Shown: positions 1 to 12,118, counted from the stretch's first letter. The stretch: DNA of 64,000 bases from Asterionella formosa (GCA_002256025.1 NKIB01011400.1:1-64000); one strand, 5' to 3'. Notes: generated from the sequence alone by a model not told the origin. Numbers and translations: made by a program.

Positions 1-382
1 AGACTTATGCATCAGTTGCATTGATTTGTGGTAAGTGAAGCAAGAGGATATGATGGAATTGCGTGTTCTTGTGTCAATGTAACATGACTAGCTAACAAAC
101 CATTCCTTCTCATTGTAACTGTAACTGCATGCATAGGACAATAAAAACAATCAAACAACGGAATAGTCGGCAAGTTCAGAATGACACTTACAGCAGGGAA
201 AGAGACGCAGCATCAGTAAGGCACTGCCTCGCACACGATTCAGATCAGAGGAAGAAAGAGCAAGAAAGGAATATACATTGAGCCGAGTAGAGAGAGAAAC
301 GTTGGGTCGCTGGCATGTAGATTAATAGATAGCATTGCTTAACTTGATAGTTAAATTTTTTCATTTCAATCTATTTTTAACA
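1..382 (+). repeat. Diverged dispersed repeat, possibly the 3' part of a retrotransposon LTR
   Basis: Bases ~1-250 are homologous to the reverse complement of ~770-1027 (shared TATGCATCAGTT, ATTTGTGGTAAGTGAAG and CATGA..AGCTAACAA blocks). The segment ends in ...TTTTTAACA at 382, an LTR-like CA end. LTR identity is inference. Confidence 0.4.
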
Positions 383-769
383 ATGCTTGTGATTAGAATT
401 ATGATCATGTTTACGATAGATTTACGATGAAACAATTCACATGATAGCATAGAGTTGAGCTGGCTTTAGGATACGTTGTAGTTATAATTTACATCGGGCG
501 ATCACGAGAAGTGAAAATAATATGAGAAGGTTTATGATATTTATGGGAAATGTTGTTGATCAGTTTATATACATTGTGTGATGATAATGTTCTTATTATC
601 ATTATACTTCAAGGTCGGTAACATATTAATAAATCATCATATTTACAAGATACTTTGATCATATTTTTGATCCAAAAATTATCATATATACGAAAATCCT
701 GTGCCACTTAGCGTACAATACCCTTGATCATATTTTCATGATATTTTTTATTTACAGACGCCCCCCAAT

Positions 770-1027
770 CCAATTCTGAACGTTGTTGTACTGGTTGCCT
801 TGCCGTTGTTCCCCTGCTTGCTTTGTTCCATTTACTCCTAGGGGTTGTTCTGAGTTTGCATTCACGCACTAGTATTGAATCCGTTTTGTTGTTCCAAGCA
901 GCCATACTAACAAAGAGAAGCAATTCATTGTTAGCTGTTCATGTTTTGCTTACACAACAACATTCATTTCGCTTCTATCTGCCTTCACTTACCACAAATT
1001 GAGGAAGTAACTGATGCATATTTCTGT
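770..1027 (-). repeat. Second, inverted and diverged copy of the repeat at 1-250
   Basis: Reverse complement reads AGAAATATGCATCAGTTACTTCCTCAATTTGTGGTAAGTGAAGGCAG..., matching the window start AGACTTATGCATCAGTTGCATTGATTTGTGGTAAGTGAAGCAAG... Confidence 0.6.
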
Positions 1028-1362
1028 AGAAGAATGTGTTAGTCGAAGATTGAATGAGAAGCAAAGTATCGATCAATAAATGGGCTCCAACACTGCTGTT
1101 TGTAATTTACAAATACTGTTTGTCTACCATCATCCTGAAAGAAGCAACAGATATGTGTCATTTTTTCTAACAGTTGTGGATTGATCCAAAGATGGCTGAT
1201 ATGCAGCACTTACCGATTTCTTTTGTCCACAGCCATTGATGGTTGGCCAGTCACCAAATCGAAAAGGAGCTATTGAATCACTGAAAGGGGACAAGTCATT
1301 CCGTAATTGTAATCCCAGCAATTGATCATCTCCTGACAAACCGTATTGTTATGCACAGCTTG

Positions 1363-1656
1363 TTGATTCCGCCCTTCTCCATCATATTCACTCATTCTTA
1401 TCGTGCTGTATTGTCACTTTATTATTTCGCATCATGCTGTGTTGCTTGAGATCCTTCATCTGAGGAAGTGGGTAGAACATGACAAGGAACATGAAAGGCA
1501 TTTGCTCTTGACTTATCATCAATTGATTCCGCCCTTCTCTTCTAAGCCGCAAGTATCATTGTGCTTTATTATCACTTTCGTTTTCCGCGTCATCATCTGT
1601 GTTAATCCTTCAATTCAGGAGCAAAGTGTATGCATGACAAGGAACATGAAAACATG
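1363..1656 (+). repeat. Diverged tandem duplication, unit about 160 bp
   Basis: Both units start TTGATTCCGCCCTTCTC (1363, 1523) and contain ATCCTTCA...CATGACAAGGAACATGAAA. Confidence 0.7.
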
Positions 1657-2439
1657 ATTTCAAATGTTTCAGCCATGAATACATATATATAAAGATCTGT
1701 AACAAGTTTAAATGTATACATAGTTGAACATTTGCATAGCTTTAAACACGCTCATTATACGGCACATCCTGTGTATACTAATATCAATTTTGATTATACA
1801 TAGTTCAAATATATACAATGCATGATGAGTTCATAGTTTTCCACGACTGTTGAGTTTTTTCAATTTTTGTTGTGTCAATTCTTGTACATACAAGTCAGAA
1901 GAATTATCGCAGCATGCATGCATACATGGTGACTCCTACTGGTATATACAATGCGGAAATGATGACCACCAGACTACCAATCCTATAGGTCCTGTAGAAT
2001 TATCGCAACATGGCTGCATATCTAATGAAAGGGCGGGAGGAGTCATCCATGCACCTGTATAGTATGAAATATGGAAATGATCAAATATAGCTAGTCTACA
2101 CAAGGAGCAGTGCATCATATATGCCCTGCTGTTTTTTTTTAATTCCTATAAAATCTCGCTCTTGATCTGTTCTGCGCTTTTTCGCCACAATTGTTTTCAT
2201 TGGCTGTTTCACTGGACAGCATTCGAATTGATTGTGCTTTGAACAAAGCAATGATCAAAGTCCACCCCCTTGCAGAATGGTGAGTCTCACAACTAAGTAT
2301 CAGCCAGTTGATTAAAATTGGACTGTCTTTTGTGCACCCTCGCTCGTTGTGTTTGTACTTGACTTGGCAGCTGTCAGCCAACCAAGAGCAGCCATGGTAT
2401 TCCACTATTTATTGTCTGTACGAGTTTCCACTGCGTTCA

Positions 2440-2880
2440 GCTATGATAACTTTTGCTCCCCCCTTCTATACGACACTATCTCACCCCCCTCCTTTCTGTC
2501 ATAGATTTTTCTTTATCCTTTGGCTTCACAGGCCCAGGTTACTCAATGCCTTCATCTGCAAGGAGTTCAGCCAAGCAGGTCCACGTTGGCGTCAAGAAAA
2601 CCTCAACCCCAATTCTCCTCACATGCTCCACCCATTGACTTCTTCATTGATGAAGTCGAAGTAGCTATATTGACGACATCAGGTGGCGCAGGCTTGTGTA
2701 TAGATTGATGATGCCAAAAGCAATGCTTCCTTTTCCCGTAGGTATCTATTTGTCAAAATTGTTTGGTTCAATCCATTCTTGTTCCCACAAGGCCAGAAGC
2801 AATTATCCCTTTACTTCTCCTCCCAAGAACCTTCATTTCTCTTTCACAATTGTACTGACATTTGCAGAGCATTTTTAGTT
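2440..2880 (-). pseudogene. Decayed DDE (Tc1/mariner-IS630-like) transposase fragment
   Basis: Manual minus-strand translation across stops and frameshifts gives KG*LLLALWEQEWIEPN...SLRHLMS...IGVEVFLTP...AELLADEGIE.TWA. This resembles the KG(L)xxVLWERGW / LTPKxHxELAGEGIEYxW blocks of DDE transposases. Family assignment is from memory, not a search. Confidence 0.5.
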
Positions 2881-4983
2881 CCCTTTTGATTTTTCCACTG
2901 GTTTCGATCCCTTTTGCATTGAAGTCAAGAAACAAGCAACTCATTGATATTTCTGGAGGTTTTGGTCAGTGGCACCAAAAAGCAACAATCAACAGATCAT
3001 GGCGGCTGTTCTCCATTTTCTGTAGCCAGTGACATTCAAAAAGGGTCTGGGATCATTGGGGAGAAAAATTAGTAGGCTTCTCTGTGTTTGCCCCCGCCTG
3101 TTTGGCAGCCATTCTACCATTGCTTCCTCTCAATCAATACTAGTATAGCTAATGAAAACCGTAATTAGATGAAATGTGACTTTCGTTTTCTAATATTTTA
3201 CATTATTGCACTACTGAAACTTGAATCCATAAATGGGCATTCAACTTGTGCTTCTTGCATTTTTGCAGTATAGACTGACTGGTGGTCGATAGGCCAAAGT
3301 GTCTGGCTTTTTATGAACATCTACAAAGTAGTGCTTTTGTCGAGGTTTGTGTCTAAATCCAACTGCTGCCATCCATTGAAACATTCCAGATACATCAAAG
3401 AATACGCTCTTGTCTTCAAAGGTAAGGAACTAGTACGATGACAAAGGAAATCTAATGAGACATGAAAATTACGAAACCAGAATCACTCTGTCACTATAAA
3501 TAGATGGTCTCATGCTTCTTTGTGCATATCGCCTGCTATGCTGCGTTTCAATTCTAGATGTATTACGTTCTTGTTAGAGAGACGATGTTATGGAGAAGTA
3601 GATTGTGCTGTTTTTTGATGGATGTTGTTTACTAGCTATGATTGAGGTTGTAACACTGATTGATGCTCTGGTGACAGACCGACCGGAAATATTCGTCTTG
3701 TGTGATGAGGCATTTCGTTTTCATTGGATTTCTTTTCAAGCTCTTCACGGATTGCATAGTACAAACATACTGTGCAATGTAGATGATGATTCATCGGAAA
3801 CATATGATGACTTGAACGACAAATGAAGATTTTATCACAAACATTCGTTCCTCTCGACATGGCTGGTTTGTCGTTGTTGCAAGAATCAGAGCGAGGACTG
3901 GAGAGGATGATGAGCCAAACCACATTACTCTAACTGGTACATTATCCTACCAAGAAATTTAAATAAAGGAACCTAAAAGAAACAATACATATAATAATTA
4001 AATTTCCATAGTCAAAAGGGTTACTATTTAAATTACGAGGGCATTTATCAAATTTATTAGATGATATAACGAAAAATTATGATCAGATGATCACAATCCT
4101 ATGATGCATCATGGAAATATGATGGTTTTTATTTGCAGACGCAGTGCCATCTTCAACAGCAATGCAATAACGATGCCTAGGGCTATCAACCTGGCTGTTC
4201 CTCCCCAAGAAGTTCTCTCATGTTAATGGCCACAGAACACTTTCTTGATCTTCCCCCAACAAGGGTGTCCCAATGTACAAAATCTTTGTGTCCAATGACC
4301 TGAAATCTGCCTAAATCTTTACAACTCCTCCTTGTTGGCTCCTTCTAGTTGCTGTACTTCAGGGTAGTGAGCACCGGTGCATCCCTTGCTCCGGTTTATG
4401 TGCATACCATCTGCATCTTACTAGATGCACTCTGATAATCCTCTGATGGCTTGTTTCAAGTTCACTGCCCACAACACCATCTACACTCATCCAACTACAG
4501 TGGTGATGCCTTTGCAGCTGGACAGATTTGTGGCACACTTCTCTCCATCAAGCTGGCACAGCACTACTCCAAGCCATGCAACTCATCACCCAACAGATGC
4601 AACAACTTCTCTTTGCCACCAGTGGTGGCGCACTGGCCCAGTGCATATTCTTGTACTACTTGATTGATTGGAAATGGGACAAAGAGGGATCCCTTCCATA
4701 AAATTTGTCAAGGATGACCCTCTGACACTCTTTCTTAGCTCTATTTCTATTTGCTTCTTTTGGCACAATGCTTGGCCATTTTTACGATTTGGTCACTATA
4801 TTTTTATCGATGTGATAAAATGAAATACTAAGTATGAGCAACATGTCACAGCTTCAATGGCATCTAATTTTTGGATGATGCAAGGCAGATCCTCTTAGTT
4901 GGCATGTCATAACACCAGGATGGTATTTGCACTTCTATCCTTTTAACATATTAGGGCAGAATAGACAAAGTGACAAAGCAAAC

Positions 4984-6627
4984 TTACTTCAAAATCTTTT
5001 TAAGCGATTGCTCCTGTTCTGGATGTGAAAAGAAGCAATCCTTTCGAATGCAGTCAGCACCAAACTGACAAGCAATTCGTTTCATTTTCCTCTTTTCCTT
5101 TTTTTCTGATGCATGCCCACCACCCCACTTCAGCACAGACGGCGCCTGCTTCTTGTCTCCTTTCTCACCACGAACTCCAACACCATTGTTAGTGTACTCC
5201 ACATCCACTGCTGGAACAGTGATATCTTCCTGGACACATAGTGGGCATCGAGTCACTTCCTTGCTCCTCGTTGTCATGCAAGAATCACACATGAGCACTG
5301 GAACTCCACACATGTGACATTTCTTCTTTCCAATGTAGCGATCCCACGGGCTGGCACAGATACAACACTTGGCGCCCACATTATTGTCATTGACAGAAGC
5401 GTGCTTTATAATACCACCGTCGCCATTTATATTGTGAGCACCAATCGCTTCTCGCTTGTCGAAGACGAAATTCTTTCCGCGCCAAAAACCGCCATCGTCA
5501 AAAGTCTGAAGATACCGTTCGATTCCACCCTTGAGTTGATAGCACCCTTTCACCGAGTTTCCCATTTGCTTTTTCAAGTACGCAGATGCCCGTTCGCATC
5601 TAACTCCGCCAGTACAAAACAATAGGACTTGCTTTTCTTTGAGCTGCTCCTTGGTTTCTGGTTTTGCCAGCCACGTGGTAAAGTCAGTTGATTTGCGCAT
5701 CTTTGGGTCAATGTACGTCGCTCCACCAGTAGTTCCAACTTGCTGCCCATCAAAGCGCCCAATATCTGCTTCGTAGTGGTTTCTCACGTCCACCACCACT
5801 GTATTCTCTTGTGCCAACTTGTCGTGAAATTCCTCCGCACTTAAATGAGTCCCTCCCATTTGGAGAGGTGCCTCAGCTTCCCTGATCCCATAAAATACTA
5901 GCTCCTTGACAGGAATAAGTTTCAAGTCTTTGAAATGCCGATCTGGCGACAGGTTGTCAATTAATTTGAAGTCCGTGTCGGCAAATGCAGAGTCAAAGCC
6001 TTTCAGGTCTTGAACAAAATGTCTCAATGTCCGAGCAGACGTCATGTCAGGTGAATCTACCGACGAGACGGTGGCATTGACGCCTTCTGCAGCGATTCGA
6101 ATGCGACCCCCCAGGACACGAGTGTTCCCCACAACTTGTAGGTATTCCATGAGAATGGATACTTTCTCGTCGTTCCACTGGGCGTATTGATAAAATAGAA
6201 GCAAGGACGCTCTCGCCACAGTCTTCTTGTCGTTGGAAAAGCATAGCTTTGATTTCATCGTCTTGGCCTTGGGGAACCACTTTCCAAGGGAAACGCCAGC
6301 TGCGGTGGTGGATTTGGCGGCTGCCTTTGGGACAAGAATGGTTGTATAGTCTGACAGGTAATCAATGACTTCTGGATCTATCGATGCTGATTTGTTGCTA
6401 TCCTTAAATGTAGCTTGATCCTCCACGAAAATGTTAGCTGGTGTTTCGTCATTCTTGCTCCTACTGCTGTCGCTGTTTGTAGAAGCAGGTTGTCCAGATC
6501 TTCGTTGCTTCTTGAGCGCCTTTTGGTCTTTCCGACTATGGCGGCGCTTTCGGGTACTCAATTCGGGCTCCACTTTATTACTTCCTGCCATCATTCTTGA
6601 TGTGCTATTATTATTATTAAGCCACAT
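4984..6627 (-). CDS. TSTD2: Rhodanese-domain protein of the TrhO/YceA/TSTD2 family (tRNA U34 hydroxylase-like) with C-terminal CCCH zinc finger
   Basis: 547 aa single ORF. Family motifs: LLLFYQY, GRIRIAAEGVNAT, VDVRNHYEADIGRF, FCTGGVRCERAS, QLKGGIERY, GKNFVFDKR and a Cys-rich tail. C-terminal CQFGADCIRKDCFFSH. Confidence 0.85.
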   Translation of the reverse strand: MWLNNNNSTSRMMAGSNKVEPELSTRKRRHSRKDQKALKKQRRSGQPASTNSDSSRSKNDETPANIFVEDQATFKDSNKSASIDPEVIDYLSDYTTILVPKAAAKSTTAAGVSLGKWFPKAKTMKSKLCFSNDKKTVARASLLLFYQYAQWNDEKVSILMEYLQVVGNTRVLGGRIRIAAEGVNATVSSVDSPDMTSARTLRHFVQDLKGFDSAFADTDFKLIDNLSPDRHFKDLKLIPVKELVFYGIREAEAPLQMGGTHLSAEEFHDKLAQENTVVVDVRNHYEADIGRFDGQQVGTTGGATYIDPKMRKSTDFTTWLAKPETKEQLKEKQVLLFCTGGVRCERASAYLKKQMGNSVKGCYQLKGGIERYLQTFDDGGFWRGKNFVFDKREAIGAHNINGDGGIIKHASVNDNNVGAKCCICASPWDRYIGKKKCHMCGVPVLMCDSCMTTRSKEVTRCPLCVQEDITVPAVDVEYTNNGVGVRGEKGDKKQAPSVLKWGGGHASEKKEKRKMKRIACQFGADCIRKDCFFSHPEQEQSLKKILK

Positions 6628-7113
6628 CGAATAATAGTAGTAAGATAGTATTCAGTACCTATTCGTTTAGAAAAGACGCAGAAAGGCAAGAAGTAATGGA
6701 CGGAAACATGCAGGAAAGAAGTGGATAGGAGGACAAATTATATAAACGGTACCGGTAGTTAGTCCTGAAGGGTGGATGGCGGGACGAAGGTGACAACACA
6801 CTTTATATCATGTATGTACGGGTATACATATTTGCTTACCATTTACCGGTATATGTACCGGCATGCATATCCTTCGTGTAAATAAATCGACATAATTTCA
6901 CATCCATCCCTGAAGTGCATCATTCATATGTATCATTCATACAAATGTTCATGTATATGTACCAGTAGTAATTTATGAACAAATCAAAACTCGGTGACGT
7001 GCAGACCAATATCGTCACCATCAATCATCTGAATCAAATGGTGATACCAAAAATACAATTTGTCTTTTTGATCTTCTTCGCACCAACAGAAAAAGTCGAC
7101 ACTGCCCACCATC

Positions 7114-8319
7114 ATGGCTGACCATGCTGTCTATCTCCCAGGATATCACTCTCAACTTAACGAGGATGCAATTCAGCACTCCATAGACAAGCTCAATGAG
7201 AGCAAAGAAGATCTGCAGCTTCGTTTTCCCGCAGAGATCAAAACTCATCCTTGTGTCACATTGGACGATACGCTCGGGTATCGGTGCAAGTGCACGTTTC
7301 AACTGATACGAGATGAATGTGGTCGACTTCAATATTGTATGAGGGAAAAGGGAAGGGCTTTCAGCTTGGGATCCTCCCGTTTTCCTATTGCAAATCTAGG
7401 CATTCAAAACGCAATGGAGAGTTTACTAGTTGAATTGAACGTCAACTCGGATTCAAGAAGTGCTGTCGGAGACCACTTGACGAGTGTGTCCTTTGCCTCC
7501 TCGTGGAATGAATCAGACGTTATTGTTACCGCGTATTACGACAGCCCAATTGAGGAGCAAGAATGGGTAACTGAAGCGAAAGGTATTAGAAACAAATTGA
7601 ATTTACTTAAATTCTCAGGTCGATCCAAGGGAAGACTCTTCTCTGTCCCTATAGAAACTGTGTACCTACGCGATACCCTTTGGTTAGACCTTCAAACCGA
7701 TACTGTGACATGTGGCAGATCGAATACACCATCGGATTTCAACGTAGACTATGAGAAACCCGAGACGGCCTTCTTTCATCCAAATCCGCATGCAATGACG
7801 AAAGCCTTATCGTGGATGCTGACTCGCATACGAACCATGTCAACACCCAAAGTGTTACTTGAACTCTACTGTGGATGTGGCGCTCACACAATTGCATTGG
7901 CCAATTCTGGTCTGTTGACAAAAATTCTTGCTATTGAGCTCGACCAGCGTTTGGTTCATGCTTGTAATCGAAACATTGCGTTGAATCAACATCAAAGCTG
8001 TCGACCACGGACACCAGTGGCCGTAGTTCAAGGGGATGCTGGCAAGTGGGCCAAAAACGCACGGATCAAGCAATCCGTTCAAACATATGACATTTTATTA
8101 GTGGACCCGCCGCGACAAGGATTGGATGAGCAGGTCTGTCGACTGGCCATAGAAGGGCGGTTTCAGCATATACTTTATGTTTCTTGCGGACGAGTCGCCT
8201 TGAAGCGAGATTTGGAGATTCTCATGCCATATTTTGATGTGGTGGATTGCCAACTTTTTGACCTTTTTCCCAGGACTGATTCTATCGAGAGTGTGGTTCA
8301 TTTACAAAGCCGGAAATAA
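7114..8319 (+). CDS. trmA: tRNA/RNA (uracil-5-)-methyltransferase, TrmA-like
   Basis: 401 aa. GYRCKCTF, GRSKG, SAM motif LELYCGCG, LVDPPRQGLD, catalytic-Cys motif ILYVSC and DLFPRTDSIE (DxFPxTxHxE-like). Confidence 0.85.
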   Translation: MADHAVYLPGYHSQLNEDAIQHSIDKLNESKEDLQLRFPAEIKTHPCVTLDDTLGYRCKCTFQLIRDECGRLQYCMREKGRAFSLGSSRFPIANLGIQNAMESLLVELNVNSDSRSAVGDHLTSVSFASSWNESDVIVTAYYDSPIEEQEWVTEAKGIRNKLNLLKFSGRSKGRLFSVPIETVYLRDTLWLDLQTDTVTCGRSNTPSDFNVDYEKPETAFFHPNPHAMTKALSWMLTRIRTMSTPKVLLELYCGCGAHTIALANSGLLTKILAIELDQRLVHACNRNIALNQHQSCRPRTPVAVVQGDAGKWAKNARIKQSVQTYDILLVDPPRQGLDEQVCRLAIEGRFQHILYVSCGRVALKRDLEILMPYFDVVDCQLFDLFPRTDSIESVVHLQSRK

Positions 8320-8457
8320 GAATCATTGTATTAACAATATACATATATCAACCATCAAACAACACTAATTAACGCGCACACACTACACGCGCATTTTACC
8401 AATACATGAGCGCTATTTCAAAACCAAAAAAAACACTTCTTAGCTAGGAATAGTACC

Positions 8458-11400
8458 TTAACTTGCAACACCTTCTTGCTTCATTTCTTCATAAAGCTTC
8501 TGGTAGTCCACCTGGTTCCGTCGTCGCTTCCGAGCTGGCTGGTCACCGTCGCTTGTCACGTGATCAGCAGCTGCTGCTGCGGCCACTCCAATATTTTCGT
8601 TCAATGGTTCTTTCATCATTTCATCCACTTCTTGTTGCTGCTGCTGTCGTCGAGAAAGATCAGCTACCCGATGGAGTCGATCGACCCTCTGTTGACGCTT
8701 GCGCTCTCGTTCCTCAATAATATGCCTTTCGAATTGAGATTCCCAATCTCCGTCGGATGGATCATATAGTTCACGCGACCTGCTGCCGTCTACCAGACCA
8801 CGGACGTGACTGGCAACACTCCTTGCAAAAGGCGAGATAACGCCGCCGTGAATCTTGTAACCACCTTCAAGAACGGAGACGATGCGCCCATTGCAACAAG
8901 TGTTCGCAATTTTGACCAGCTGCTCGGTCAACCACTCGTAATCATCCTCTACCATTCCGACATATCCGAAATTCATAGTATCTTTTCTGTGGGCATCGAA
9001 CCCAGCACTCACGAAAATAATGTCAGGATCAAAGTCCCTGAGAGCAGGCAGAATTTTCTTTCGGTATGTGTCACGGAGCTCCAAACGCTGCACACCGGGA
9101 GGGGCTTCGCTGTCAGGAAGCCCCAAGCCGCAGTTTATAATCTTGCAACAGTTGGCCTTAGCATCTTCACCCATTCTTGTCCATGTTTGTGACAAGATAA
9201 AATCAGATAGATTGGGAGTGTCAACCGAATTAGGATTTCGAATTGCATCAGAGGTGTGGGTCTTCCCAGAAGCAGGATAGAACCAGCCTTGTGGTCCATG
9301 GTGCTCTGCAATATCCTGGCCTCTCGGACCGTAACCATGAGTACTTGCAAAAAAAACATTTTCACAATCTGTTTCATCAAGCCAAGGTCGATACCTAGTG
9401 GACACCAACTCTCCAACTGTAAATGGTGTTCGAACGATTGACTTGTCTACACCAGGAAGCAGCTGCCGGATAATCTCTTCTGTTCCATTTCCGTGATGAA
9501 CATCAAAGTCCACGATTGCAACCTTCTTGATACCATCATTTCTGTACATTGTCCTTGCGTAGGCTGCACCAATAGCAATGTTGTTGAGAAGGCAAAAGCC
9601 ATGAGATCCCCCCTCGGGATCATTTTCACACTGAACAATTCCACGGGGGCCTGCATGATGGCCAGGAGGCCGAACTGCACAGAAAGCGTTGCGATGTTCC
9701 CCTGACATGACTTTGTCTACAGCTTCGCAAACACTTCCAGCAGCATGCATGGCGGCTTCAAAACTCCATCTAGATACGGCTGTATCTGCATCCAAATGAG
9801 CAATTGCAGAGGGATGGTCATGTATTGTATTACACAGCTGACTGATACTTTCCACATAGTTATAGTCGTGACACTTCAAGACATCAGCCATTGCAGCCCG
9901 TCTCGCTTTTCCTTCCCAAAAGATTTGACCAAATTCGTGTGATCGTAAGATGCCATCATGATCATTAATCAAAACATGAAGACGCCGAACATTCTCTGGT
10001 GGAGGATCCACAACTGTGTCTCGTCGAATCGGAGGACAACTGCGATGTGCCAAACACAGCTCATGACAAATCAATAGGGTACTGCTGTGGGGATCGACTA
10101 TCAGATCTCTCGGTGGTGCCACTAACCCTGTTGTTGGAGCTCCACCAAGGAGTGAGAGCAAATCGTTTGGTACAGGCATACCTCGCTTGTGTGCAGCTTG
10201 ACCAGGAGTAAACCCTCGTCGGTCAGTTATCGAAGGACTTGCCCCAGAGTGCAAGAGCAACCGTACAACTAGCCAATTACCCCTTGAACAAGCGACATGC
10301 AGTGGTGTCTGACCCACAGAGTTCTGAGCATCGATCTCGATGCCGACAGCTGCCAAGAGTATCTCCGTGATAGTGCCTACAGAGCCTGTCATAGATTGCT
10401 CAGGCAACACCACAGTTAGCTTGCTCCCACTTGCAATCCCATCCTCAGAATTACCCATGACCGATGCACCTGGTAAATGTGATATAGCCACTGATCCATC
10501 AGGATGATGTGTGGGTACTATTACCGCAGGGGTTGCGGAGCGCACTTGTCGAGTCAGCCCCGTGTATCCAATATTCTCATATTTGGCAGCAGCATGAAGT
10601 GGCCTGCTACCAGATCGATCAGCTCGCATATTTAGAGTGGATCGACCAATCTGCGTGGAGAGAATGAATTTAACGACCTGTGGCTGATTCATCATGCATG
10701 CGAGATATAAAGGAGTGTGCAAAGCATCATCCTTCAAACTCACGTCAGCTCCTTTGTCTGCCATGGCTTTGATGCAGGCATGAGCAAACTCTTCATGGCC
10801 TGGAATGGCTCCCATGCTAATGGCAGTGTGTATGGGAAAACTTCCGTCGCATTTCTTGTGCATTGATGCACCGGCTTGCAACAATAGCTTGACTTGCTCC
10901 AGCTTGCGAGCATGCACGGCGACATGAAGAGGGGTGTTTTCGTCTTCGTCGCGTTCATTGAGATCATAGGGACAAAAAAATTTTCTTTCCTTCTTCTTCC
11001 GCTTTAGTGGGAACTTGCAGGGAGGAAAAGGAGCTCCATTTACGGGCTCACCTTTCATGACACCCACTTTTTGTTCCTCCCCATCTGCCATTGCAGCAGA
11101 CAATGTCAACGACGAACCGAAATCTGTTGGAGCAGGTGGAGACGTTATTGTTTCAGCTTGTTGAGCGTTGTTCTGCGCGACGTCACTGCTTTCATTTTGA
11201 TCTTCGTTGCTGCTTGGCGAAACCTCGCTCGAATGGACGTCGACGTTAACTGGCAGTTCACTTGCGCTTGGAGGGGTCGGTTTCGCCACAGCTATGGGAC
11301 GAGGAGAGTGTCCGATAGCGGCAGCATGAGCTGCCTCCATGGAGTCGTTACTATCTTCTGAGCTACTAGAGTCATCTGAAGGTTCGTCCCCGTCGTCTGA

Positions 11401-11798
11401 ATCTCCTTCTTCGGAATCATCAGCAGGAACGAAAATCAGTCTCTGTTGTCAGTGGGAGCAAAAGTAGGTCAGCGAAACGTGAAGGCGGCCTCCTTTCTGT
11501 TCAGATCTGGTCATGAGCTGAAATAGGCCCAATCTTCATTCCACAGCAGCGCAAAGACAGCGAAAAATGTCGCTAACGGAAGCTAACCTGAAACCAGTCC
11601 CTGAGGCTGCGATGCTGATTGCGTCCATCGGCTGTTCTCAACCCTCATTCCAACGATTTTCATTTATCTTTCACTTTTCCTCACCTTGAGACTCTCAGCA
11701 TCTTCAAACTCGCAACAGTCGTGAACCGGATATCGTTTTTGGCCCACTTGGTTGGATCCAAACTGAAAGTCATCATCGTCGGAGGAAGAGCCTGACAT
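8458..11798 (-). CDS. Ankyrin-repeat-containing class II-type Zn-dependent histone deacetylase (2 exons)
   Basis: Predicted exons 11798-11685 (MSGSSSDDDDF...ESLK) and 11442-8458, joined in frame across a GT..AG intron at 11684-11443. Ankyrin motifs TPLHVA, FPIHTA, TPLYLAC, RPLHAA, TPLHVAC. HDAC motifs RPPGHHAG, GFCLLNN, DFDVHHGNGT, SAGFDAH, LEGGY. Confidence 0.9.
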
Positions 11799-12118
11799 CT
11801 TCGCTGCCTACAGTATATATTGTGTAGAAATGTACAGAACAGTTGATGGACTATGAAGGTTTCAGAGCTAAGAAAGTTGAATGGAAGATGGACAGACTGG
11901 CACGTAGATGTCCCCTTTCATCGCAGTGCCCGAACAGCCGTTTTATGAGTGTCAACCACAACTTTTGTGCCAAAGTTCCTCCGTCGAGAAAATCCGGAAA
12001 CTCAATCCTACAAGGGGAATTAGTACATATTTAGTGGAAACGTTCCTCCTGTAGATTTCTACGTTTGTTTTACCGCACGGCTGGCTCGCTTCCAATTTTG
12101 GTTTTCACCCTTTTACCT

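Noticed and set aside
4140..4790. Coding-like decayed sequence, possibly a transposase remnant (similar tracts at 18.6-19.5, 22-23.4, 35.6-36.5, 52.7-53.6 and 60.4-61.8 kb)
   Set aside because: Only short ORFs and no diagnostic motif could be identified. A translated search is needed.
7038..7121. Upstream out-of-frame ATG encoding a 27 aa hydrophobic peptide overlapping the TrmA start
   Set aside because: It cannot be joined in frame without evidence and may lie outside the transcript.
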